From positions 1-64,000 of IMG/VR virus record IMGVR_UViG_3300031758_000011: a DNA stretch of 64,000 nt, one strand, 5' to 3'. The DNA comes from an uncultured virus (IMG/VR IMGVR_UViG_3300031758_000011). Taxonomy: Duplodnaviria > Heunggongvirae > Uroviricota > Caudoviricetes. The notes under the pieces were generated by a model. That model had not been told where the DNA came from and searched no databases. It was given only the letters and a program-made list of their open reading frames with translations. Both the position numbers and the translations under genes were made by a program. This document shows, piece by piece, positions 18,601 through 28,254 of the stretch (position 1 is the stretch's first letter; every line of letters starts with the position of its first letter).

Positions 18601-19904
18601 TATCAGCTAATGAATGTCATATTTGCCCTAGATTAGAAAAAGGAGAGCCAGGTGGTATTTCAAAAGCTGAGAGACGTGTTGCATGCCCAGTTGATACTAT
18701 AGGTTGTAAAAAAGATAGATTTGTTGATATAATATTTGAATTCGACCAAGCAGCTGCTGATGCTGAAATCCCAGATATTCCAGATAAAGTAGAATATCAA
18801 GATACAAGAATTACACGAAAAATCAGAAATAAATTTTACAACGAAAACATGTTTTTTGAATATCTAGAAAAAAAAGACAATTTTGTTTTTGATAAAATAA
18901 GACAAAAAATTAGACATTTTCACCCTTCATTTCATTCAACAACACCAGAAGGATTAAATCAAAGATTAACATTTTTATTACAATGTACAAGACAAGGTCC
19001 TACGTTGGAAAGCTTAGGTGCGGATAACTTAGCGTTTGGTAGACCTCCAGTTTGTATATTAAGAATAGGTGATTTCTATCATACTAAAATTGTAATAGAT
19101 AATATTTCTTTTGATTATGAACCATTGGTTTGGGATTTAAACCCAGAAGGTATAGGTGTGCAACCAATGATTGCTAACGTAAATATGTCGTTTAAATTTA
19201 TTGGTGGTGAATCATTATATGGTCCAATAAATAGATTGCAAAACGCTGTATCATTTAACTTCTTTGCTAATACTCATGTATATGATGGAAGAGCAGACGT
19301 TATAAAAAATGAAGGTGGTGAATTTAGTTTAGAAATGGGTAAAACTAATGGTTATGGTGATTCAGTAGTTGAAGAAGAAAAAGTTGAAGATATTGGTGGT
19401 TTATACCAGAAAGACCAGTTTGGTAACGCTATCCCATTAATTCAACCTAACGCTTTCGATGACGAATGGGAAAGTCCAGAAGAGTTAGATACTACTCAAA
19501 GTGATATTGATAAATTAAGTAATATTACTTTGAAAATGACTGGTAAATCAATAGGTTGTGTAAATACTGATACAAAAGAGTATGGTTCAAAAAGATTTGA
19601 AGGTAATTTAGATTTAACTATTGAAGTTTCATCAGAGTTATCAAAACCATATACAGCTAGAATAATTATGTATTCAGCTAAAAATATACCTTTTACTGTT
19701 GGTGATGTTATAAATATTGGTGTGGATGGAGTGTCAGCTAGTTTAAGTATTGATATGCCTTTTGATGATTTCTTCTATAATGATAATAAAGAACATTCTT
19801 ATCGTTACGAATTAAAAATTGATGATATGGATGATTTTAAAACTCCTGGTGTTGTTAAAATTAAATTTAAAAACAAAGTATTAGGAATATGTACAAATGA
19901 TTAA
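15612..19904 (+). CDS. Baseplate tube-initiator-like protein (gp48/gp54-like) with an inserted OmpA-like domain
   Basis: Tube-fold motifs WFPPYDINFSE..IGRGEPVYTYNNTERSGQLSF and PPVCILRIGD..PMIANVNMSFKFIG flank an OmpA-like VFFPND..IIGYAS..NAKLAKDRA..RFVDI segment. Confidence 0.6.
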   Translation: MPLYPTYNTASPTPSNRNTINSIMGQSLNIRDWLLVQNLGPKYPSALSKAPTTVKIGEPITDLFNPNSPKLADIVTDGITYKNQVTFANTFKADSQVPNTATPYDIVPYVAIQKFVDFGNVNTTDYKKWGTYPNYPNSVIDQYGIFSKTSVAAYKNDNLFNNLYYDADKQIDSAQKYSEQPKPFENKDTKKGYIDANGNLIFNNQGNPSSNQTADLIGSLVTGQGVGISQNGLVSNYDVRSSLAGRVLGATGNLQDTKLGQIGGQQLLLALTNNAAFNVQESVLGGLNLKENVYSLLKGQGLAGFRPSYKITIPEGGFTRTLDAAATILGFSLPRSYMNPAGSIFQSETGEIDNITRANELLKTTGKGQLFALLENVKASRNGTSIYDDPLAEINQFRTGYVPAYLIDNEDTETLTDTEIYAYSQNGIIVDLLCTDDGSGKGNKYAIPTLNYNKKLIEKDFQDFVTKGIDNYEQTDGTLTNTVKHSWVTNEGGLVNSKYDIYHVNNAYEAKPFSDKKKNILTKTQRLFDSNGMKTLVSREGDLTVTSNQTQTANGGGISKGSAVLSSFMYNSNGRYNAVKDIEPEDVYCRAWTTYNRYVTGFDQIRANELFTSDGINAVPFRYNTENSVLEANGHVKVVPYITDNISTYKTDVKKFMFSIENLAWHDERENLPKSEQGPGDLITGKRGRIMWFPPYDINFSESSSVEWESNKFIGRGEPVYTYNNTERSGQLSFKVVVDHSSYMNTFRGEDGPDDNYIASFMAGCIDPSSVWTDKFTLTENVSTVTKEHRTKIPKPRAEKEEEPTKMQVFFPNDNANLDGKFADYENGECEGVPIDYTVNPKGEGCGIPSYRGKYTSRSYWSDSNDFGLNNGGPDAIEAKLMDKTFKGFLSEDAGTTYFQALTEHLKQKCKHCNVKIIGYASDQGNDTPNAKLAKDRATYIKNILVEKVGNNLGLTDAELNKKFVALLSKSKELQAPTTIIKSYIYNGVKKFVNVKVSANECHICPRLEKGEPGGISKAERRVACPVDTIGCKKDRFVDIIFEFDQAAADAEIPDIPDKVEYQDTRITRKIRNKFYNENMFFEYLEKKDNFVFDKIRQKIRHFHPSFHSTTPEGLNQRLTFLLQCTRQGPTLESLGADNLAFGRPPVCILRIGDFYHTKIVIDNISFDYEPLVWDLNPEGIGVQPMIANVNMSFKFIGGESLYGPINRLQNAVSFNFFANTHVYDGRADVIKNEGGEFSLEMGKTNGYGDSVVEEEKVEDIGGLYQKDQFGNAIPLIQPNAFDDEWESPEELDTTQSDIDKLSNITLKMTGKSIGCVNTDTKEYGSKRFEGNLDLTIEVSSELSKPYTARIIMYSAKNIPFTVGDVINIGVDGVSASLSIDMPFDDFFYNDNKEHSYRYELKIDDMDDFKTPGVVKIKFKNKVLGICTND

Positions 19905-19906
19905 TT

Positions 19907-20227
19907 ATGGCTAGATACGTGGATAGATATTTACCGTTTAGAGAAAATGGTAAAATTAAAACTTTACCTGGTATAAAATTACCAGAAGCAAGTACAGATT
20001 TGAGTTATGTTTACAAACAAGGTACAACAAGACTTGACAAATTGAGTAATATGTTTTATAATAATGCTTGGAGCGGTTGGTTAATTTTATTAGCAAATCC
20101 ACAATTTGGTGGATTGGAGTTTAACATTCCAGACATGACGCTAATAAAAGTACCGTATCCATATGATGACGCTATGAAAAGATATAGTGACGAAATAAAT
20201 AAATATAGAATGTTATACGGAATATAA
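19907..20227 (+). CDS. LysM-like baseplate wedge protein (gp53 / P2 gpX-like)
   Basis: TRLDKLSNMFYNNAWSGWLILLANP..IKVP is the RLD.LA..YY....W.I..AN pattern. Confidence 0.75.
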   Translation: MARYVDRYLPFRENGKIKTLPGIKLPEASTDLSYVYKQGTTRLDKLSNMFYNNAWSGWLILLANPQFGGLEFNIPDMTLIKVPYPYDDAMKRYSDEINKYRMLYGI

Positions 20228-23200
20228 TGAATCAAAAAAAGAATGGAATAGGTTGTGCTGCTGGTAGAGTAAATATTGTTGACCCTAATGATTTTTATGG
20301 GTTTGATTCAAGCGACAACATACCAGTTGCGTTAGAAGATTTAAGCATATCAGTAAAATTAACATCATCTAAAAAAGGTAGAACAGTTTTAACTAAAGAA
20401 GGTGATAAATCTAAAGCATCAGCAAACACTTCTGGAACAATAGCTGTTAATTTTATTGAAGGTAGTGTCATTGGTAATGATGGTAAAAAACATTTAACAA
20501 CAAAATATACAGATTTAGTATCAATAGAAACAGATGCTGAAAATGATGAAACGTTAGGTATAACTAGTATTGATATTGAATTCAATTCATCTTATGCGCC
20601 ATTAATTACAATAAATTTTATTGACGTTAGAGGTAGTTCAATATTTCAGAATGAATACAGAATTAAAAATTCAGAAAGTAAATACACTACTTTCTTTCAA
20701 TTACCTTATCCATTATTTGAATTAGAAATTAAAGGGTTTTATGGTCTTCCAGTGAAGTATTGTCTTCACATGTATAAATTTAATTCAAAATTTAACTCAA
20801 AAACTGGTAATTTTGAAATCACAGCAAACTTTGTTGGATATACTTATGCTATGTTATCTGATATGTTAATAGGGTATTTAAAAGCTGTTGGTGAAACAGA
20901 ACAAGGTATAAGAAGGTATGAAATTTATAATGAAGGTAGAGCAACAAAAGTACTTACATTAGGCGAATTATCAAGACAAATAGGTAAAATAAATCCAGAC
21001 CTAGAAAACGTAAATGAAGAAGAAGGTGGTGATTATCAAGCAGCAAATGAGTCAATTGGTATTTTAGATGACATTTATGGTGAAATTGATTCTTTAGGTA
21101 GTAATATTGATAAAGACGCTAGTACCAAAACTGTATTTGATTTTATAGTTCTTAAAAAAGATGATATTAATAAAGACTTCGTTAAAAATAAAATTGAAGA
21201 AGAATATCAAAAAAAAGTTTTTAATAAGGATGATGAAGAATGTTTAGTTTTACAATACAATGAAAAATCACCTAGTAATGTTATAGTAACAGCTAATTGG
21301 GTTTTTAAATACGACACAACTGGAAAAGGTAATAGGTTGTATAAAAATTTATCGTTAAAAAAACTTGAAAACGCTACTGATACAGAATTAAAAAGTTATT
21401 TTGGTAATTACACTACGAATGACCAAACTTTAAACGATTTAAAAGATTGTTTAAGTAAATATCATACATCTTTAAGCGATACAGAAGCTTTTGATGTTAT
21501 AGATATGCGTTTATTAAAAGAAATACTTAAAAATAAAAAAGATAAAGCGATAAAAAGAAAAAATGATGAAAAATCTGCATTAGCAGATTCGTATAAAGAT
21601 AAAGTTAAAAGTAGATTAGGTTTCGACCCAACATCTAGAACAATAATTGAATGCTTTACAGCTGCAATCGAAGTTTTATGTGAATGTATATTTGAAGTAG
21701 CGACAGCTACAGCAAATCACACACAAAGAACAACTGAATTAAAAAAAGCGTTTAAACTTGAAGGTGGTTCTTCTAAGAATAGTGATATTAAAGGTAAAAA
21801 ATTAGAAAGCAACGATTATCTACCATGGCCAGCTTATCAAGAATATGATGTTGACAAAAAAGCTTATGTTGAGAAATATTTAGGGTCTTCTAGTTTAATT
21901 GATAACGCATATGAAAATATAGATGAAGTTAAATTTATTGATGATTTACATGCTGCGTTTAAAAAAGCACAACAAAAAGATGAAGCAGCAGCAGCTGCTT
22001 TGGATAATAGCGAAATAACTTCGTGGTTTGCTGTTAACCCAATGGATTTAAAAGAGTATTCAGAAAATAAACCTTATACTAGATTTAAACCACAAACAGC
22101 TGATGATGTTTGTGCTGTTTTACTTATTAGAGCAATGACTCTTTTAGGGTATACAAATGACTATAGAACATTAAGTGAAGAAGAAATAAAAGCTTTTGCA
22201 AAAATTGAAGCACAAGCTATTCTTAGAGATATTGAAGATACTGAAGATAAAAAAATAAAAAGAGGGTTAACACAAAAAACCACTACTGAAATAATATCAA
22301 CACAAGCAGCGGTTAACGGAAAAAGACCAGACGCAAACAGACCAGTATTAACAAATGATGGTACAAATTATCTATACACGTATCTTTATAAAGATACTCT
22401 TTTAAGAGTTTTACCAGTTAACAAAGGATTTATTGAAGAAGGTTGGGGTAACCCTAATAATACAAGTGTTGATATTAAAAAAGTTTTAAAAGAAGAAAAA
22501 GCTGATGAAGGATTTGTTTTCTTAACCAACTATAGCAGTAGTAGTAATGTAGAACCTTTAAAAACTAACCCAAGATACAAAGCTGATGATGGTGGTGTTT
22601 ATCTAAAAATAATTAATCCAGACGATATAAGCGCTGGTCAATTACCTTCAGAAATTTCTGGTGATAATACAATTATTTTAGAAGGATTAAAGAAAGAAGA
22701 AATATCAAATTCTACAGATGCACAAGCAGCTGGTTTTAATTCACTAGGTAGTCAATTTGGTATTCAAGAATTTGTTAATCTTAATTATAATTCAAATGAC
22801 GTACCAACTGAAGATTCTTTTAAATATGTTTTTTATAGAAATTCTTATAATAGACCATATAACATAAAAGGATTATCATTAACAAAAACTAAAACATATG
22901 AACAAAGAACTGGTAAAAAGGGTTCTACATCATCAAGTCTTAGTTATCTAACTGGCACAAATACAAATAACGCAATAGACACCATTCTTTTTAGTCAACC
23001 AAATAGCACAAATCAAGATAGTACAAATAATGACTTATACGGTAAAGTAGGGTTAAATAGATTATTTTTAACTAGTGCTAGTAATGATATAACATATCCT
23101 TATATTTTTTTAGATGATAATTTTCCATCCTCATTATTTGGTAGTCATTTTTATTATAAGTTAAAATTCTCAGTAGTTGAAAATAGTAAAGGTAAAACAT

Positions 23201-26200
23201 TTGAAGCTAGTAGACCAGCTAGAGCTATGGCGTTTTTACATACATTACCTTTTAATATTGATATTAATGGAAAACCAGACCCTTTTGGTAAACCAGAAAT
23301 TTTAAATACTTTTAGATATAAAGGTGGTATAATACATGCACCTAAATTATGGTGTGCTTATGTAGGTAGTGTTTTATGGAGAAACGACAAAAGAGACCCA
23401 ATAATTGAAAATGGTTTAATAGTTGGCGGTGGTAGTGGGAAAAAAGACCCTATTTATTGGGATGGAAAAGGTAATCTTGGTGGTGTTTTAGAAGATGAAT
23501 ACTTTCCTTTTAATTTTAGTGTAGAAAATTATGATATAGAAAAAAATGATATAATAAATAGATTACCAATACAAGTTATTGATGAATTTATAAGAATATT
23601 TTTTGAATTTACTAATGGTGATGGTCCTACTGAATGGTTAGGGTTAAGAAAAGAATTAGAAATATTTGACACTAGAAATAAAACTCCTCAAAATTTTATC
23701 ACATTTACCGAAAAAATGGGTGAAGTTGGTAAAACTTATAATGATATGTTTAATTATAGTGGTGTTAATACGGACATCATTAAAAAAAATTATTATATTG
23801 TTTGTAATATTGGAAGTAAAGATGATTTATGGTTAGCTTTAAAAGATTCTTGTGACGCAACTGATAATCTAATAAAAGCAATGAGGGAAGAACTCATTAT
23901 TTTAAATAATAATTATAAAATATGGTCTGATGCTGCAACAACAACTGAACGTTCATTGATTAGAGTTAAAATGACAACGTTAGAAACATATTTAAACGAA
24001 GTTACTAGTGTTTTTAAAGAAAATGAAGATAGTCTTAATAAAGCAAAAGAAGATAAACGATTAGACAACACAATATTTGGAACTAGCAATAAAGACGAAA
24101 TAAAATTAGGGTTATATAGAACATGTAAAAATATTTATGATAAATGGTTAGCTGGTGCAAAAAATATTGATAGCTTAATGTTCCAATGTGGTAATGGTAC
24201 TAGAAGTGATGTTGATGGTAATTTAGGTAAAAAATATGGTAACAATAGGCCTAGACTTATAGATAGTTTTAGATTCGTTAGTAGAGCATTTAGTGATATT
24301 GGTGATTTATTATATATTGACCCAACACCAATACAAGATTGGATAGGTAACAATACAAACATGAGTTCATACGAAGCTATTACATCTATATTAGCATCAA
24401 ATAACTTTGAGTTTATTGCTTTACCTAATTTTATTAATTTTAATAATAAGGAAAATATAGAATCGATATTTAAACCATTTGACTATTTTGCCGATTCAAG
24501 TGTATCTGGTTCATGCGGTCCTTCATTTGTATGTGTATACACTGGACAGCGTTCACAACATTTAGATTATTATGATAATGAATATGAAGATGATGGTTTT
24601 GATTTAAGATGTGATAGAAATGGTAACGTTGACCCTACAGTTCCAGAAGATTTTACGTCTGAAGATAATGCTGAATATGAAGAAAAAGTTGGCTCTTTTG
24701 TAGTTAGGTATAGTCAGCAAAATCAAAACATTTTTAAAGATATTACTTTAGACCAAAGTGAATTTACCGAAACTGATGAAACATTACAAATACAAGATGA
24801 TATAGCTCAAAAAGGTTATGAAAACAGTAAAACTTATATGGGTCAAAACATATATAACGTTTATGCTGTTAGAAGTTATACTGCTGAAATTGAAATGATG
24901 GGTAACGCTATGATTCAACCTATGATGTATTTTCAATTAGACAATATACCTATGTTTCATGGCGCTTATATGATAACATCAGTTAGCCATTCTTTAGTGC
25001 CTAACTCAATGAAAACTAAATTCAAAGGCGTTAGGATTAAATATACAAAAACACCTTTAGTTACCGCTAAAGAAGTTTATGAAAACATGATTGAAAATTC
25101 TGATATGTCTAATTCAGATAGTTCAAGCAACAATAATGGTAGTGGCGGTAGTGGCGGTAGCGGTGGTAAAGCGGCTAGTGGTACTTACGAACCAATTGTA
25201 GCGACATTAATTGAAAATGGTGTTTCTAATGGTTACATAGATGAAGGTAAAAAATATGGTTCAGTGACAACTAAAAAAGTAACTGGTGGTTCTAAAAAAT
25301 ACTTTAATATTACTGCACCTAAACAATATTTAATTGCTGAAGCTGCTGTTGCTTTTGATAAAATGTTTGATGATTTTGGTGATTGGATGTTAGCAAACGG
25401 ATTTAAGAAAAACGCTCAAGGTAAATTTGGACATATTTCATCTTTATACAGAAGTTATGCTACACAAGCAAGTATGAAAAGTAAAATAAAAGCAAAAGCT
25501 GGAAAATCATATCATGGTTGGGGATTAGCTGTTGACTGGTTCTGGAATAATAAACAAGGTGAAATTGCAGCACCTTTTAATAATGCTGGTACACCAAAAA
25601 AATATTTTGGATTTGATATTAACCCAGCAATGAAATGGTTATATGATAATTCTTATAAATATGGTATAATAAATCCAGGTTGGGCTAAAGATGGTGTTGG
25701 GTATGATGAAGCATGGCACTGGGAGTATCATGGTACTTCAGCAATTTGTTTAGTTAAAGCAAACCCTAATGTAGTTGGTGGATATAAGATTCCAGTGTCT
25801 GATAGTGATACTTATTATTCTTTTGTTAAAAACCCTAAGAAAAGTGATGGTAGTGAAAATGTATTCTCTAAAACTAGTTGTAAAGGTGTTTATGTTAAAG
25901 CTGATGGAACTGATAATGAAGATGGACCAAAAGGCGCTGTTGAAACAACAGAAAACGAAACTCTTAACTTCTTCAAAAAATTATTGAAAAAATTAGACGC
26001 TCCAGAAACAGAGGGTAATTTAATTTGGCTTAAAGCATGGAGACAAGCTGAAGGTGGTAAAGCAACATGGAACCCTCTTAATTCAATACAACCTATGAAT
26101 AATGCTACAAACTATAATGATAATGGTGTTAAAAATTATAAAACAGAAGCTGATGGTTTAGATGCAACATATAAAACGATTACCAATGGTTCTTATCCAA

Positions 26201-26988
26201 ATATTGTTAAAGAACTTAAAAATGGTATTCAAAATAAACAAGCAGCTCTAGATTTAGCTATTAAGTTACAGAAAAAAGGTAATGATTTATGTATATGGGT
26301 TAGAGGTCCTAAAGGCTGTGAAAAAAAAGGTGGTATACCTAAAAGTCAGTATGTTGCAAATATACTATCATACGCTAAAGTATCTGGTAGTAATATATGG
26401 AAACCAAAAACTGGCTCTAAGAGTAATGAAAATTCAAAACCAAAAAAACTATCTAACAATTCAGATAAAAAAGGTTTAATTATTTATGGTGGTATCGCGC
26501 CATATGGTGCTTCATGGATAAAAGAACAATGGATAGCTGCTGGATTAGGAACTAATATTGTTAATTATAAAATAATATTTGAAGAATATAATGGTAGAAC
26601 TGTTGAGAAAATAAAAGCGGCAAATCCAGATTATAAATTTGTTGGGGTGTTTGGTTTCTCTGGTGGTGGACCTAAAATATGGCCATACGCTACAACCGAT
26701 GAATTTAAATTTGTTGGATTAATTGACCCATCAACTAGCGCTAATGATTTAACAAATTATGCTTCTAATAGTTGGGGTGATAATGTTAGAATTATGTTAA
26801 ACCCTAGCGTGTGGACTGGACAATATAAAGCAATTGGTGATAGATTAGCTAAAATAAAAGCTGGTAAAACTGATAAAAATTCTGACATTTATCAAAATAG
26901 GGATTACATATACCCAGTTAATGATAAACATATTGATATACCGTTAAAATTCTTTAATAAATTTAACGATATTATAGATAATTTGTAA
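20227..26988 (+). CDS. Giant baseplate hub protein (gp27/gpD-like) with C-terminal M15 peptidase, lysozyme-like and alpha/beta-hydrolase-like domains
   Basis: Hub motif EIEMMGNAMIQPMMYFQL..GAYMITSVSHSL; a GS linker; YRS..SYHGWGLAVD..EAWHWEY; WRQAEGG..NPLN..VKNY; GFSGGG. Confidence 0.75.
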   Translation: MNQKKNGIGCAAGRVNIVDPNDFYGFDSSDNIPVALEDLSISVKLTSSKKGRTVLTKEGDKSKASANTSGTIAVNFIEGSVIGNDGKKHLTTKYTDLVSIETDAENDETLGITSIDIEFNSSYAPLITINFIDVRGSSIFQNEYRIKNSESKYTTFFQLPYPLFELEIKGFYGLPVKYCLHMYKFNSKFNSKTGNFEITANFVGYTYAMLSDMLIGYLKAVGETEQGIRRYEIYNEGRATKVLTLGELSRQIGKINPDLENVNEEEGGDYQAANESIGILDDIYGEIDSLGSNIDKDASTKTVFDFIVLKKDDINKDFVKNKIEEEYQKKVFNKDDEECLVLQYNEKSPSNVIVTANWVFKYDTTGKGNRLYKNLSLKKLENATDTELKSYFGNYTTNDQTLNDLKDCLSKYHTSLSDTEAFDVIDMRLLKEILKNKKDKAIKRKNDEKSALADSYKDKVKSRLGFDPTSRTIIECFTAAIEVLCECIFEVATATANHTQRTTELKKAFKLEGGSSKNSDIKGKKLESNDYLPWPAYQEYDVDKKAYVEKYLGSSSLIDNAYENIDEVKFIDDLHAAFKKAQQKDEAAAAALDNSEITSWFAVNPMDLKEYSENKPYTRFKPQTADDVCAVLLIRAMTLLGYTNDYRTLSEEEIKAFAKIEAQAILRDIEDTEDKKIKRGLTQKTTTEIISTQAAVNGKRPDANRPVLTNDGTNYLYTYLYKDTLLRVLPVNKGFIEEGWGNPNNTSVDIKKVLKEEKADEGFVFLTNYSSSSNVEPLKTNPRYKADDGGVYLKIINPDDISAGQLPSEISGDNTIILEGLKKEEISNSTDAQAAGFNSLGSQFGIQEFVNLNYNSNDVPTEDSFKYVFYRNSYNRPYNIKGLSLTKTKTYEQRTGKKGSTSSSLSYLTGTNTNNAIDTILFSQPNSTNQDSTNNDLYGKVGLNRLFLTSASNDITYPYIFLDDNFPSSLFGSHFYYKLKFSVVENSKGKTFEASRPARAMAFLHTLPFNIDINGKPDPFGKPEILNTFRYKGGIIHAPKLWCAYVGSVLWRNDKRDPIIENGLIVGGGSGKKDPIYWDGKGNLGGVLEDEYFPFNFSVENYDIEKNDIINRLPIQVIDEFIRIFFEFTNGDGPTEWLGLRKELEIFDTRNKTPQNFITFTEKMGEVGKTYNDMFNYSGVNTDIIKKNYYIVCNIGSKDDLWLALKDSCDATDNLIKAMREELIILNNNYKIWSDAATTTERSLIRVKMTTLETYLNEVTSVFKENEDSLNKAKEDKRLDNTIFGTSNKDEIKLGLYRTCKNIYDKWLAGAKNIDSLMFQCGNGTRSDVDGNLGKKYGNNRPRLIDSFRFVSRAFSDIGDLLYIDPTPIQDWIGNNTNMSSYEAITSILASNNFEFIALPNFINFNNKENIESIFKPFDYFADSSVSGSCGPSFVCVYTGQRSQHLDYYDNEYEDDGFDLRCDRNGNVDPTVPEDFTSEDNAEYEEKVGSFVVRYSQQNQNIFKDITLDQSEFTETDETLQIQDDIAQKGYENSKTYMGQNIYNVYAVRSYTAEIEMMGNAMIQPMMYFQLDNIPMFHGAYMITSVSHSLVPNSMKTKFKGVRIKYTKTPLVTAKEVYENMIENSDMSNSDSSSNNNGSGGSGGSGGKAASGTYEPIVATLIENGVSNGYIDEGKKYGSVTTKKVTGGSKKYFNITAPKQYLIAEAAVAFDKMFDDFGDWMLANGFKKNAQGKFGHISSLYRSYATQASMKSKIKAKAGKSYHGWGLAVDWFWNNKQGEIAAPFNNAGTPKKYFGFDINPAMKWLYDNSYKYGIINPGWAKDGVGYDEAWHWEYHGTSAICLVKANPNVVGGYKIPVSDSDTYYSFVKNPKKSDGSENVFSKTSCKGVYVKADGTDNEDGPKGAVETTENETLNFFKKLLKKLDAPETEGNLIWLKAWRQAEGGKATWNPLNSIQPMNNATNYNDNGVKNYKTEADGLDATYKTITNGSYPNIVKELKNGIQNKQAALDLAIKLQKKGNDLCIWVRGPKGCEKKGGIPKSQYVANILSYAKVSGSNIWKPKTGSKSNENSKPKKLSNNSDKKGLIIYGGIAPYGASWIKEQWIAAGLGTNIVNYKIIFEEYNGRTVEKIKAANPDYKFVGVFGFSGGGPKIWPYATTDEFKFVGLIDPSTSANDLTNYASNSWGDNVRIMLNPSVWTGQYKAIGDRLAKIKAGKTDKNSDIYQNRDYIYPVNDKHIDIPLKFFNKFNDIIDNL

Positions 26989-26997
26989 TTAATTAAA

Positions 26998-27005
26998 TAA
27001 ATTTG
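26998..27005 (+). promoter_or_regulatory. Candidate Bacteroidota-type -7 promoter element
   Basis: TAAATTTG matches TAnnTTTG and ends 12 nt before the ATG at 27018. The support is a single short motif. Confidence 0.35.
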
Positions 27006-27017
27006 TAATTTTGATGT

Positions 27018-27656
27018 ATGAAGATTGCAAATATAGTTACAAAAAATAAGATAGACATATCTGAACAATTTAATATAGTAGAATCCATGGATAATATTAT
27101 CCATGGATTACCTACATTGATTGTAGGTTTTGATATCGTAAATAATTTATATCCAGATTTTGATATTTTAGATATTAAAGTTGAAGACAACATATATTGG
27201 ACCTTTAAGAAAAATGAGAAAAGGGATAAATATGAAGAAGATTTAAATTGGTTTGTTCAAAAAGTTTATGACGATTTAGTTAAAAACAGTTCTTATATAT
27301 TTGTTGATGTTATACAATATAGTAAATTAACGTTAACAAAAATAATTAAAAAAATAATTTCTTTTGATAAAATAGTAACATATCATACATCCGATATGTT
27401 GTATATTAATGGCGATAATTTCATATTTGGCATTGATTTAAAACTAATGAAATATGTTGGTTTTGATGAAAATAAAATAATTAATAAAATTAAAAAAATA
27501 AGTATTGTTTTTTTGAGTGATAACGAAATAATTATAGAATATAAAAAGTATGTTGAAGACCTAGGATTGCCTAATAAATACATACCATACCTATACTCTA
27601 TAACACATGACGAAAAAGATATTACTAGCAGCATTCATATTCCCAGAGAGAGTTGA
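27018..27656 (+). CDS. Hypothetical protein
   Basis: 212-aa ORF with no recognised motif. Confidence 0.65.
   Translation: MKIANIVTKNKIDISEQFNIVESMDNIIHGLPTLIVGFDIVNNLYPDFDILDIKVEDNIYWTFKKNEKRDKYEEDLNWFVQKVYDDLVKNSSYIFVDVIQYSKLTLTKIIKKIISFDKIVTYHTSDMLYINGDNFIFGIDLKLMKYVGFDENKIINKIKKISIVFLSDNEIIIEYKKYVEDLGLPNKYIPYLYSITHDEKDITSSIHIPRES
27082..27109. repeat. Perfect 28-bp palindrome
   Basis: AATCCATGGATAAT|ATTATCCATGGATT. Confidence 0.9.
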
Positions 27657-28008
27657 ATGGTTTTTAAGCTATTTGAAAAATAAATTTAACATTGACAAAA
27701 AGTTTGTTTTTTGTTTTAAAAACTTAGATGATGAGTCTAAAGTTATCATAACATTTAAATTGACGTTGATTGATGATAAACCATTAGACTTAAAAAATCT
27801 ATTCCCTAGTGCGTTACCAATCCATAAAAAAGGTAGTACTATCTATACAATAAATGCATTAAATAAATTAATCGAAGAAACTAACCCTAATTCAATAGGC
27901 AACATTGATTATAAATCAATTAAAATTAATTGGGATGATTATAAAGATAAATTTATATTAACAAACAATAATAAATTAACCTTTTTAAACATAACACGTA
28001 TTTTTTAG
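27607..28008 (+). CDS. Hypothetical protein
   Basis: 133-aa ORF overlapping the upstream gene by 50 nt, with IHKKGSTIYTINALN. No family recognised. Confidence 0.65.
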   Translation: MTKKILLAAFIFPERVEWFLSYLKNKFNIDKKFVFCFKNLDDESKVIITFKLTLIDDKPLDLKNLFPSALPIHKKGSTIYTINALNKLIEETNPNSIGNIDYKSIKINWDDYKDKFILTNNNKLTFLNITRIF

Positions 28009-28058
28009 TTTTATTTGATATTTATAATATATGATAACAATTAATTAACTAATTGTAT

Positions 28059-28250
28059 ATGGAAACAAACAATAAACAAAACGATAAAGAAAAAAATTTA
28101 AATTCATCATTAGATGCTTATTTAAATCAAGGGAACGACCCAAATATGGATTGTAGTTCTGGTGTATGTGTAATTAAAGGTGATAAAAGTTTAGTTGAAC
28201 GTATCAACAAGAAAATAATAACAGAAGACGGTAGACAATTATTATTCTAA
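28059..28250 (+). CDS. Small hypothetical protein
   Basis: ATG at 28059 follows TATTTATA at 28019. The protein contains CSSGVC and LVERINKKIITEDGRQLL. Confidence 0.65.
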   Translation: METNNKQNDKEKNLNSSLDAYLNQGNDPNMDCSSGVCVIKGDKSLVERINKKIITEDGRQLLF

Positions 28251-28254
28251 TAAT

